Positions 31,143 through 40,134 of a DNA stretch of 64,000 bases are shown piece by piece. The stretch's first letter is position 1. Each line of letters begins with the position of its first letter. A program made the translations under genes and the position numbers. The notes under the pieces were generated by a model that was not told where the DNA came from, searched no databases, and saw only the letters and a list, made by a program, of their open reading frames with translations. The stretch is taken from NCBI GenBank assembly GCA_963843375.1, contig CAWJKT010000010.1:32001-96000 (forward strand), written 5' to 3'. This DNA is from an uncultured Pseudomonadota bacterium. GTDB lineage: Bacteria; Oederibacteriota; Muellerivitia; Muellerivitales; Muellerivitaceae.

Positions 31143-32882
31143 TCAGTCCAGCTTAGTCCGTCGCTCTGCGAATATGTAGAGCGGTCTCCATATCAGCCGG
31201 TTCATCAATACGACAAAAACGGACATGACCGCCACCCCAAGCGCAATGCGGGGATAATCCCCAGCGTCCGTGGCTTGGGCAATATAGGCTCCCAAGCCCG
31301 AGGCGTTGAGTTTGGTATTTCCCCAAGAAACAACTTCCGAAACGATGGAAGCATTCCAGGACCCGCCCGCAGCGGTAATGGCTCCGGTAACGTAATAAGG
31401 AAAAATTCCCGGGAGCATAACTTGGCGCCACCAGCGCCAGCCCCGCACATGGAAGCAATTGGCCGCTTCCCTCAAATCGCTTGGGAATGCGCTGGCGCCA
31501 GCAATCACATTAAATAAGATGTACCACTGAGTTCCAAGGATCATCAAAGGGGTCAACCAGACCTTGGGGCTAAGGTGGAACCGAAGGATTAGGAAGACCG
31601 CGACGGGAAAAAGCAGGTTCGCAGGAAAGGCAGCAAGGAACTGGGCGATAGGCTGAACCTTTTCAGCCAGTTTCGGCCGAAGCCCAACCATGACGCCGAT
31701 GGGAACCCATATCACCGACGCGATGATAATCAGGATGATTACCCGCATTAACGTGAGGAACCCGTTGTTGATTACCGTTGTTAGATCGGCCCAAGCTAGT
31801 GTCGGGGCAGTAAATTCGATCGCTTTCCTTATCAGAAAAGCCAATAGCGCAACCATCGCCCCCACCCAAACAATATCCCCGAGGTGTTTGTGAGAAGAGT
31901 TGGCCCGAAAGGGCCTGGGTCGGAACAAGGAAAAACGGGACCGGGCGATGCCCTGCAGAGCTAGTCCAAACGGTTCCACCAATCGTCGCACCAACTTGGC
32001 TTGACGGAAGAGATCCAACAGTAGACTCCGGGATCCAACCAGGCCCGCCGTTTGTTCATAGCGGAACTTGTCCGCCCAAGCCACCATCGGCCGGAACATC
32101 AACTGATCATAGAGGACGATGGTGATTGTCATCGCCAAAATCGCCCATCCAACCGCCGGCAAATTCCGCTGGTTAATGGCCAGTGCGACGTAGGATCCGA
32201 TTCCCGGTAGGGCTACGTTGATCGTGCCCACCGTGATTGCCTCGGATGCGACGACAAAGAACCAGCCGCCGGACATTGACATCATGGTATTCCAGATGAG
32301 CCCAGGCATCGCGAAGGGCACCTCAATGCGCCAGAAGCGTTGCCAGGCGGATAAACGGAACCCCCGGCCAGCTTCATCCAGGTCGGTTGGAATTGTCCGC
32401 AAGGACTGATAGAAGCTGAAGGTCATATTCCAGGCTTGGGAGGTGAAAATCGCGAAGATTGCGGCTAGTTCCGGACCCAGGACGCTTCCGGGAAATAGCG
32501 AGATGAAAAAAACGACCGTAAAGGACAAGTATCCGAGCACGGGAACGGATTGAAGAACGTCGAGGAGCGGGATGAGAATCATTTCCGCTCGGCGGCTCTT
32601 GGCCGCTGCGGTGGCGTAGGTAAAGGTGAAGAGCAAGGAGGCTAGGAGGGCCGCGAACATCCGAAAGGTTGTTCGAAGGGCACAAACCGGAAGGGTCGAA
32701 GGAGATAGTGAAATGGTAGACGGCTGCGCCAAGGTAAAAGGCCCGGTCAACTGGCGCGCACCCGATCCCACGAGAATCACGATCCCCAAGACAAGGATCA
32801 GTGCCGCCAAATCTCGCCAACCGGGGATTTGCGGCTTCCACGTTTTTCCGATGAGTATTTCCGCGTGCTGTTCCACGTTCAT
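31143..32882 (-). CDS. NitT/TauT-type ABC permease (double-length)
   Basis: LDVLQSVP, FTSQAWN, MMMSMSGGWF, GGSWNASIVSE. Confidence 0.92.
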   Translation of the reverse strand: MNVEQHAEILIGKTWKPQIPGWRDLAALILVLGIVILVGSGARQLTGPFTLAQPSTISLSPSTLPVCALRTTFRMFAALLASLLFTFTYATAAAKSRRAEMILIPLLDVLQSVPVLGYLSFTVVFFISLFPGSVLGPELAAIFAIFTSQAWNMTFSFYQSLRTIPTDLDEAGRGFRLSAWQRFWRIEVPFAMPGLIWNTMMSMSGGWFFVVASEAITVGTINVALPGIGSYVALAINQRNLPAVGWAILAMTITIVLYDQLMFRPMVAWADKFRYEQTAGLVGSRSLLLDLFRQAKLVRRLVEPFGLALQGIARSRFSLFRPRPFRANSSHKHLGDIVWVGAMVALLAFLIRKAIEFTAPTLAWADLTTVINNGFLTLMRVIILIIIASVIWVPIGVMVGLRPKLAEKVQPIAQFLAAFPANLLFPVAVFLILRFHLSPKVWLTPLMILGTQWYILFNVIAGASAFPSDLREAANCFHVRGWRWWRQVMLPGIFPYYVTGAITAAGGSWNASIVSEVVSWGNTKLNASGLGAYIAQATDAGDYPRIALGVAVMSVFVVLMNRLIWRPLYIFAERRTKLD

Positions 32883-32931
32883 CCTCTCACTGGTTTAATG
32901 AAGATGATAGGTTCAAGCCTTTGGCATGGCT

Positions 32932-32945
32932 ATGACAGGAGTCAT
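32932..32945. promoter_or_regulatory. ATGA-N6-TCAT box, bidirectional promoter
   Basis: ATGACAGGAGTCAT; TATTCT (+, 32968) and TATCAT (-, 32909-32904), each 22 nt away. Confidence 0.85.
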
Positions 32946-32981
32946 GTTTTATCAGTGATTTAAGCCCTATTCTAAAAAACT

Positions 32982-33563
32982 ATGCTCCATTGGCTTCATT
33001 CTTTATTGCCTCACATCTCCCATTTTGGATACTTGTTCGTCTTTATTGTCGTGTTATTGAAAAATATTGGTATTCCTTTGCCGGGCGATACGATTCTTTT
33101 GGGGACGGGATTTATTCTTGGAAAAAACGCTATTTCACTTTGGCAATCCATGGTGGCGGGAACGGCCGCTTGTTTTTTGGGCGGCTTTTGGGTTTTTTGC
33201 TGGGTCGTGGTTTGGGTTACAACGTATTTAAAAAAATCCATTGGCTTCATCTCACTACGGTGAGGGTGAAATGGGATGAAAGTTTTTTCAAACGCCATGG
33301 TCCCAAGGCCGTTATTATCGCGCGAATTATCTTCTTGCTTCCGCCTTTTGCAGCCAACCTGTTGGCAGGAATGGCGAAAATGCGATGGGGGGGTCTTTCT
33401 TTTTTACGATTTCACAGGATCGGCGGCCTATGCCTGTAGCTACATTTTGATAGGATGTTTTTTCGGAAAAAAGTGGAAACTTCTTCAAGCTTGGTTAGGC
33501 CCTATTGTGCTCTATTTGATTATGGGAGGGGTAATTTTCATCGTTTTTAGGATTTATTTTTAG
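32982..33563 (+). CDS. DedA family membrane protein (two frameshifts; sequencing error or pseudogene)
   Basis: GIPLPGDTILL, FFKRHGPKAVIIAR, LAGMAKM, split over three frames. Confidence 0.8.
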
Positions 33564-33749
33564 GGACTTTTTATCGAAGTTGTGGGGTTTTCTTTTCTCG
33601 AAACCAGGTAAACGAAATTAATTAGGTAGTGGACGCTTCCTCCGCCTCTGTTTCTCAAGAAATAAAATAGGTTTAATTCTTTTAGGGTTTCTGCAGGAGT
33701 CCTGCTTGTTTAGCTGGAATACGACTCTCCTCCTTTGTTTTGAAATTAT

Positions 33750-33763
33750 ATGAGCCCCGTCAT
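33750..33763 (+). promoter_or_regulatory. ATGA-N6-TCAT box
   Basis: ATGAGCCCCGTCAT; GAAAAT 22 nt downstream. Confidence 0.8.
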
Positions 33764-33843
33764 GTGGGGCGGGCTGGGAAGGATGGAAAATAATGATCTG
33801 AAAGAGTCGGCTGTTTTTCAGCCTCGGTGAAAAGAGGGAAGGG

Positions 33844-34578
33844 ATGAAAATCGATCCAGCACAAACGGTGGGGCAAATCGCTGTTGAAAGCAAAGAGGCT
33901 ATCCCCGTTTTCGAAAAATACAACATCAATTATTACAGCGAAGGGAATAGGTCCTTGCGGGACGCCTGTTATCTCGCCGGGGTTCCCTTGGAAGAGATTT
34001 GTCCTGTCTTGGAAAAACTTCGGCACCATCCCCAAGTGTGGTATCGGCAGGAACCGGACTGGTGGAATGAATCCATGGCGGATTTGATCGTCTATATCGT
34101 GGGGGTGCACCACCGTTATACCCGTTCGCAACTGAGCCGTATTGAGGAAATGATGGATGCCCTGACGACGCAAAGGGGGAAGTCGAATTCCGAATTGATT
34201 GCGGCAAAACGGCTTTTCTTGAAACTGGCCGAAGACTTGAGGAACCACATGTTGCAGGAAGAGGAAGTGGTATTCCCATATCTCATTCAGGCTGAAAGGG
34301 CGAAGGAACGAAATGAACCGGTTCCGAGACCATTCACGGGCTACAACAGTTTCACCCATCCCATCCGCGCCATGTTATTTGAACATGGCATGATGGACCG
34401 AGAATGGAGAGATATAGTGAGGTTGACTCATCATTTTGAGCCCCCCCTTTCTCAGCGTAAATTGTTTCGGCCTCTTTACGAGGCAATGAAGGAATTGGAA
34501 AAGGACGACGAAAAACACGTCCATCTGGAGAACAACATCCTGCTTAAAAAAGCCGCCCAAATGGGCCTCTTGGATTAG
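33844..34578 (+). CDS. ric: Repair-of-iron-centres di-iron protein (Ric/YtfE/ScdA family)
   Basis: ScdA_N-like N-terminus; HHRY, HMLQEE.VVFP, MLFEH, HVHLENNIL. Confidence 0.88.
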   Translation: MKIDPAQTVGQIAVESKEAIPVFEKYNINYYSEGNRSLRDACYLAGVPLEEICPVLEKLRHHPQVWYRQEPDWWNESMADLIVYIVGVHHRYTRSQLSRIEEMMDALTTQRGKSNSELIAAKRLFLKLAEDLRNHMLQEEEVVFPYLIQAERAKERNEPVPRPFTGYNSFTHPIRAMLFEHGMMDREWRDIVRLTHHFEPPLSQRKLFRPLYEAMKELEKDDEKHVHLENNILLKKAAQMGLLD

Positions 34579-34636
34579 CCCTGGTCAAGGCCACTGATTC
34601 CAAAGTTTTCGTTCATAAAACCCTTTTCACAAATCT

Positions 34637-34650
34637 ATGATGGGAGTCAT
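34637..34650 (+). promoter_or_regulatory. ATGA-N6-TCAT box
   Basis: ATGATGGGAGTCAT; TAAATT 22 nt downstream. Confidence 0.85.
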
Positions 34651-34697
34651 AAGGTTTTTTCTTTTATCCTCCTAAATTTAAATTAAGGAGGTAGTTT

Positions 34698-36669
34698 ATG
34701 ATCCTTATTGAAGCCAAAGATCTTTTTAAAATCTACCACCTCGGAACTAATGAAGTGCGGGCCTTGGACGGTGTATCCCTGACAATAGAAACTGGGGAAT
34801 TCCTCGCCATCATGGGTCCCTCGGGGTCTGGCAAGTCCACCATGCTCCAAATCCTGGGCCTTTTGGACACCCCGGATTCGGGTTCCTACAAGTTATTGGG
34901 AAAAGAAGTTTCCAGCCTTTCCGAGGACGAACTGGCGGTTATCCGCAGCCAGACCCTCGGCTTCGTCTTCCAGACATTTAACCTCTTGTCCCGCACCAGC
35001 GCTCTGGAAAATGCCGCTCTTCCTCTGCTTTACGCCGATCCCCACACCCCCCACGACGATCCCAAAATACTTCTGGAAGAAGTGGGCCTTTCCAAAAGGG
35101 AGGATCACCGGCCCAATGAGCTTTCGGGGGGCCAGCAACAAAGGGTGGCTTTGGCCCGGGCTTTGGTCAATCGGCCTAAGTTGATCATGGCGGACGAACC
35201 AACCGGAAACCTGGACACGAAAAGTTCCATGGAGATCATTGGTCTTCTGGAAAAATTGAACTCGGAAGGCATCACAATCATCATGGTCACTCATGAGGAG
35301 GATATCGCTCGGCACGCTCATCGGGTCATCCATATGCGAGACGGGAAAATCGTAGGGGACCAGAAAGGCCATGGCCACACCGCCAAACTCCGGGAAGGGC
35401 GGGCGCCGAAGGTTTCGACTGAAACCAAAGTCTTTGCAGCCTTTAATCCCAAGCGGGTGGAAGAGTATTTTAACCAAGCTTTTCGGGCGCTAATGGCCAA
35501 CAAGATTCGTGCGGCGCTGTCCTTTCTGGGCATCCTGATCGGGGTGGGGGCCGTCATTACCATGCTGGCGATCGGCACCGGAGCCCAAAAGTCCATGCAG
35601 GAACAGATGGCCTCCCTTGGGACCAATTTGATTGTGCTGGTTCCTGGTTCCATACAAGTTGGCGGAATTCAGCAAGGCACCGGTTCCTGGAGTCGTATTC
35701 TTCCGGAATATGCTTTGGCGATGTCCAAAGTTCCCATGGTCAAGGCGGTGGCCCCCGAGGTCACGGGTCGGGTCCAGACAACTTACGCGGATCAGAACTG
35801 GAACACCCTTTTGAGTGGGACCTCGCCAAGTTACGCCGAAATGCGGGATGCCGAACCGATTTATGGGCGTTTTTTTAGCGAGGATGACGTGGACCGCCGT
35901 AAGAGGGTGTGCTTGCTGGGTATGACCGTGGTCAAACAGCTTTTCGGGGAAGCCAATCCCATCGGGGAAAACATGAAAATCAACAGAGTCAGTTTCCAGG
36001 TGATCGGGATATTGCCGGTCAAAGGTTCCAACGGTTTCCAGGACAGGGACGACCTGATCGTGGTGCCCTATACCACCGCCATGCACCGCCTTTTCGGCAA
36101 ACTCTACGTTAACCAGGTGGATATTGAGGTGGACAAACTGGAGAACACGGACGCCTGCGGGGACGCCGCAAAGGCTTATATGATGAAACTCACGAATATC
36201 CCCGAACTGCCGGGTAATGAGAACGCCTACATGGTTCGCAACATGGCGGACATCCAGGCCATGTTCACTAACATGACCAAAATTATGACCTTGCTTGTTG
36301 TCCTGTGTGGCGGCCATTTCACTGTTAGTTGGAGGAATCGGAATCATGAATATCATGTTGGTTTCGGTTACCGAGCGAACGAAAGAAATCGGTTTGCGCA
36401 AGGCCATCGGAGCCAGGCGTCTGGATATTCTTTCACAGTTTTTGATTGAGGCTATGACCATTAGCCTGATGGGGGGAGTGGCGGGTATCCTCATGGGCTG
36501 GGGTTCTTCCCTCGCCATTTCCTTCTTTGCGGGATGGCAAACCATTATCACGCCTTTCTCCGTGATCATCTCCACCCTTTTCTCGGCATTCGTTGGAATT
36601 GCCTTTGGGCTCTGGCCCGCCTATAAAGCTTCCCGTCTGAGCCCCATCCTGGCTTTGCGGTATGAATAA
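34698..36669 (+). CDS. MacB-like ABC ATPase-permease fusion (frameshift ~36298)
   Basis: [52 protein letters not shown]. Confidence 0.92.
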
Positions 36670-36747
36670 AAAACCAGTTTGACCTTGGGTCAAAAAAACT
36701 TCTTAGGAATTTTTTTATCCTTCCAATTCTGTTAAATTGAAAAGACC

Positions 36748-37914
36748 ATGCACCTTTTGCCCCGAATTTCCCTTTTTCTGACCGTTACCTGGTTCGTTCT
36801 TTTCGGGCTTCATTATTACATCTGGGCCCGCCTCATTCGAGACACCGGATTGGCCAAATCTGGGCGGTTGGGACTGACCCGTGTGCTCATCGTTCTTGGA
36901 CTTCTGATTCCTATCGGATTTGTCCTTACCCGTTCCGCACCCCTGACCGTTAGCAGACCGCTTCTTTGGCTGGTTTATACTTGGCTTGGAATGGCTTTTT
37001 TCCTGAACGTTTTATTGTTCTTGACTGACATGGCAAAGTTACTGACGGTGACCTTTCCTTTAAAGTTACGGGGCCGACCCCTTGATCCCGAACGGCGTCT
37101 GTTTCTTGCCCAAATGGTGGGAGTTGGGGTTGTCCTTTCCAATCTGGGTTTGTCGGTGTTGGGCTTGTTCAACGCCACGGCTGCCGCTGTTCGGGTGAAA
37201 AAAATCCGAGTGGCTTTGTCGAAACTGCCACAAGACTTGAAAGAATACCGGATTATTCAGGTGAGCGATATTCATATGGGGCCGACGATCGGCCAGGATT
37301 TTATCCAAACGATCGTTCGAGAAGTGAACGCCCTTAAGCCGGACCTAGTGGCCATCACAGGAGACCTAGTGGACGGCACCCTGACCCAATTGGAAGGGCA
37401 AACCGCACCCCTGAAAGAACTTCGGGCCCGTGATGGGGTTTTTTTCGTGACAGGAAATCACGAGTATTACACGGGGGATGTGGATGAGTGGTTGGCTTGG
37501 CTTTCGGGTATTGGAATCCGTTCCCTGCGTAATGAGCATATTACGATTCGAGGCGGATTCGATTTGGCGGGAACGGATGACTTTTCGGCCAGAGGCAACG
37601 GCCATCATCAGGACATCCCCAAGGCCCTGGAAGGGCGGGGAAAGGACAAACCCGTCATTCTAATGGCCCACCAACCCCGTTCCTTCCATGAAGCCAAGGG
37701 TTTGGGGGTTGACCTTCAACTTTCCGGGCACACTCATGGGGGTCAAATTTATCCTTTTACTTATGTGGTGGGTCTTTTCCAGCCCTATATGGCGGGTCTT
37801 TATCAGGAAGGGAATTCTCAGCTTTACGTGAGCCGGGGGACTGGCTATTGGGGCCCTCCCATGCGCCTGGGTTCACCGGCGGAAATAACGGAGATCACCC
37901 TCTTCCCAAGTTGA
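36748..37914 (+). CDS. Membrane-anchored metallophosphoesterase (YkuE/YaeI-like)
   Basis: SDIH, TGDLVD, GNHE, HQP, SGHTHGGQ. Confidence 0.92.
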   Translation: MHLLPRISLFLTVTWFVLFGLHYYIWARLIRDTGLAKSGRLGLTRVLIVLGLLIPIGFVLTRSAPLTVSRPLLWLVYTWLGMAFFLNVLLFLTDMAKLLTVTFPLKLRGRPLDPERRLFLAQMVGVGVVLSNLGLSVLGLFNATAAAVRVKKIRVALSKLPQDLKEYRIIQVSDIHMGPTIGQDFIQTIVREVNALKPDLVAITGDLVDGTLTQLEGQTAPLKELRARDGVFFVTGNHEYYTGDVDEWLAWLSGIGIRSLRNEHITIRGGFDLAGTDDFSARGNGHHQDIPKALEGRGKDKPVILMAHQPRSFHEAKGLGVDLQLSGHTHGGQIYPFTYVVGLFQPYMAGLYQEGNSQLYVSRGTGYWGPPMRLGSPAEITEITLFPS

Positions 37915-38149
37915 ACCTGAATCATCCTTTCGATTGATGTTTAAGATAGAAAATTTAACAAAAGACGGGGATTGAAAGTTTTTGGAATCTAACACACTTA
38001 CTCTTGTCGTTGCCGATCCCGTAATATGGTTCTATACTTCCTTCGGCAAAAAGCACGGAAATTTTGTTTCGCTGTGGTTCCTCGGCTCTCGCAAAGGCCG
38101 CTAAGTTTCCCAGCCGCTTGAATCTGGTGAAATCGAGTTAAAAGGATAT

Positions 38150-39427
38150 ATTATCTCTCCTTCGTCCCCATCAATCCAACGGCGTCAATCGTTAAGACAA
38201 CGACTCCTGGCTTTTTTGGCCGTCATGGGCCCGGGCCTAATCGTCATGCAGGCCGACACGGAAGCGGGCAGTATCACCACGGCGGCGGTGGCGGGAGCCC
38301 AATATGGCTATTTATTGGTGGGGATGCTTCTCGCTTTGGCGATCCCCCTTTATGTGGTTCAGGAAATGACCGCCCGCCTAGGTTCCGTCACCGGAAAGGG
38401 CCATGCCTATCTCATTCGGAAAAAATATGGAATGGGGTGGGCCTGGGTATCCCTTTCCATTCTGTTTATCTGCAATATCGCCGCCCTGGTTACTGAGTTC
38501 GCAGGGATCATGAGCGCGGCCCGGATCGTCCATGTCCCGCCCTTTGTATCGGTTGCGGTTTCCGCGACTCTCCTTTTATTCGTGGTCATGAGCGGTTCCT
38601 ACCGGAAAGCCGAATATATCGCGCTGGGATTCTGCCTGGCCGATCTTCTTTTTATCCCGGCGGCATTTTTAGCCCATCCGGACTGGGGAGAGGTTACCCA
38701 GGAAGTTTTTTCCGTTCCTACACAAGCTCTGACTCGTGATTTCGTGCTGGTGATCATCGGACTGATCGGGGCGGTCATCATGCCCTGGATGATTTATTAC
38801 CAACAAAGCGCCGTGGTGGACAAGAAGTTGACTGAAAAAGACCTGCTTTTTGAACGATGGGACACAGGCATTGGGGCGGTCGTGACCGAACTGGTCATGG
38901 CTTTCATCGTCATTTCCACTGGGGCTACCCTTTATACCCACCATCTTTCCATCGATGACGCGGCTCAAGCCGCAACCGCCCTCATTCCTTTGGCTGGAAA
39001 ATACGCGGGAACCCTTTTTTCAGTGGGCCTGATCAGCGCGGCTTTCCTGGGGGCTTTTGTAGTGGCGGTTTCCACCGCTTGGGCCTTTGGTGAGACATTC
39101 GAATGGCCCCACAGCCTCAATAATCGCCCTCCCCAGGCTAAAAGATTTTATGCTCTTTATGCGGCGGGGGTGGTTTTAGCGGCGGCGATCGTGCTGATTC
39201 CGAACATTCCCCTAGTGACCATTACGGTCTTGGTGGAGGCGGGGAACGCCCTCTTATTGCCTATCGTTCTGATTTTCCTTTTGCTTTTGACAAATGACAA
39301 AGAATTATTGGGCGAGCATGTCAATAATTGGAAATCCAACCTACTTGCCATTGCCACAGGTGTCGCTATCATTTTATTGGGGCTCCTAACGGTGGTTATG
39401 ACGATTTTTCCGGATTGGAAACCCTGA
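38150..39427 (+). CDS. Nramp-family divalent metal transporter (NRMT-like); start uncertain
   Basis: GPGLIVMQADTEAG, QEMTARLG, MPWMIYYQQS; the frame is open back to the AAAGGA SD at 38141-38146. Confidence 0.88.
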   Translation: MISPSSPSIQRRQSLRQRLLAFLAVMGPGLIVMQADTEAGSITTAAVAGAQYGYLLVGMLLALAIPLYVVQEMTARLGSVTGKGHAYLIRKKYGMGWAWVSLSILFICNIAALVTEFAGIMSAARIVHVPPFVSVAVSATLLLFVVMSGSYRKAEYIALGFCLADLLFIPAAFLAHPDWGEVTQEVFSVPTQALTRDFVLVIIGLIGAVIMPWMIYYQQSAVVDKKLTEKDLLFERWDTGIGAVVTELVMAFIVISTGATLYTHHLSIDDAAQAATALIPLAGKYAGTLFSVGLISAAFLGAFVVAVSTAWAFGETFEWPHSLNNRPPQAKRFYALYAAGVVLAAAIVLIPNIPLVTITVLVEAGNALLLPIVLIFLLLLTNDKELLGEHVNNWKSNLLAIATGVAIILLGLLTVVMTIFPDWKP

Positions 39428-39563
39428 TTCTTTTTTTGAGAAATCCAAATGCATTTGAATCGCTCCATGGATTTTTCTTTCTGAATGTCAGTGGGGAGGT
39501 AAAGCCAGCCGGAAATCTCTCTTTTTTCCCTAATGTGGTTTCCTTTCATCGAAAAGCGCAAAT

Positions 39564-39577
39564 ATGATCCAGATCAT
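39564..39577 (+). promoter_or_regulatory. ATGA-N6-TCAT box
   Basis: ATGATCCAGATCAT; TATAAG 22 nt downstream (39600). Confidence 0.85.
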
Positions 39578-39651
39578 GTTTATTGTCCGATGGAAGTTGT
39601 ATAAGTAAATTTGTAGAAAGTGTTCCAAGGTAAAGCACCCCAAGGGTGTGG

Positions 39652-39766
39652 CGGGGACTGAGGTCCCAAACCGAAAAAGAGCACTGCCGTCGAAAGCTGG
39701 AGGAACTGGTAAGGATTCCGGTTTTAAGCGCCTTATAGGCTGCTACGGGGACTGAGGTCCCAAACC
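39652..39766 (+). repeat. Exact 21-nt direct repeat CGGGGACTGAGGTCCCAAACC, two copies
   Basis: 39652-39672 and 39746-39766. Confidence 0.95.
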
Positions 39767-39986
39767 TTCAAGGAACCCGGCCTGGCGAAGCCAGTGAGTT
39801 ATATCGGAATATTTAAAACGGTTGTCATGCCGTTGTTGTTGAAGCCCGAAGTGGGGCTTTTCAAAGTATTTGTTGGAGGTATGTCGGTACAATCGTCGGA
39901 AAGGTTCACCGGTTGCGTTTCAATGACGCGGGGCAAAGGCCCAAAACTAACAAAGAACCTTGCTGAAGATGTTGCTGATGGTCGTG

Positions 39987-40020
39987 AAAGCCCCGGGACA
40001 CAGGGTCCCGGGGCTTTTTT
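39987..40020 (+). terminator. Rho-independent terminator
   Basis: AAAGCCCCGGGAC-ACAGG-GTCCCGGGGCTTT-TTT. Confidence 0.92.
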
Positions 40021-40069
40021 ATTTGGTGGAAAGGGTTTTTGAGACTTTTTTACTGTTATCGGACTCAAT

Positions 40070-40083
40070 GTGATCTTGGTCAT
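40070..40083 (+). promoter_or_regulatory. ATGA-N6-TCAT box (1 mismatch)
   Basis: GTGATCTTGGTCAT; GAAAAT 22 nt downstream. Confidence 0.75.
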
Positions 40084-40134
40084 GTCGCTCATAAAAAATG
40101 AGAGGGAAAATTAAATTGGGGGAGATGAATAATT

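Larger units (their letters stand above)
39612..40020 (+). ncRNA. Candidate ~410-nt structured non-coding RNA
   Basis: Own promoter and terminator, many stems, a duplicated 21-nt hairpin module, no credible ORF. Confidence 0.65.

Noticed and set aside
36678..36694. TTGA-N7-TCAA as an FNR or regulon box
   Set aside because: The spacer is 7 nt, not 6, and it sits right after the macB stop; more likely a small hairpin.
37915..38150. M-box or yybP-ykoY riboswitch before the Nramp gene
   Set aside because: Consensus elements are not recognisable by eye; a cmscan is needed.
39652..39766. Mini-CRISPR array from the 21-nt palindromic repeat
   Set aside because: Only two copies, a structured 73-nt 'spacer', and no cas genes in the window.
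39794..40092. 82-aa (+) and 97-aa (-) ORFs in the candidate ncRNA
   Set aside because: No properly spaced RBS (GGAGGT abuts the ATG at 39881), both cross the terminator, and neither has recognisable motifs.
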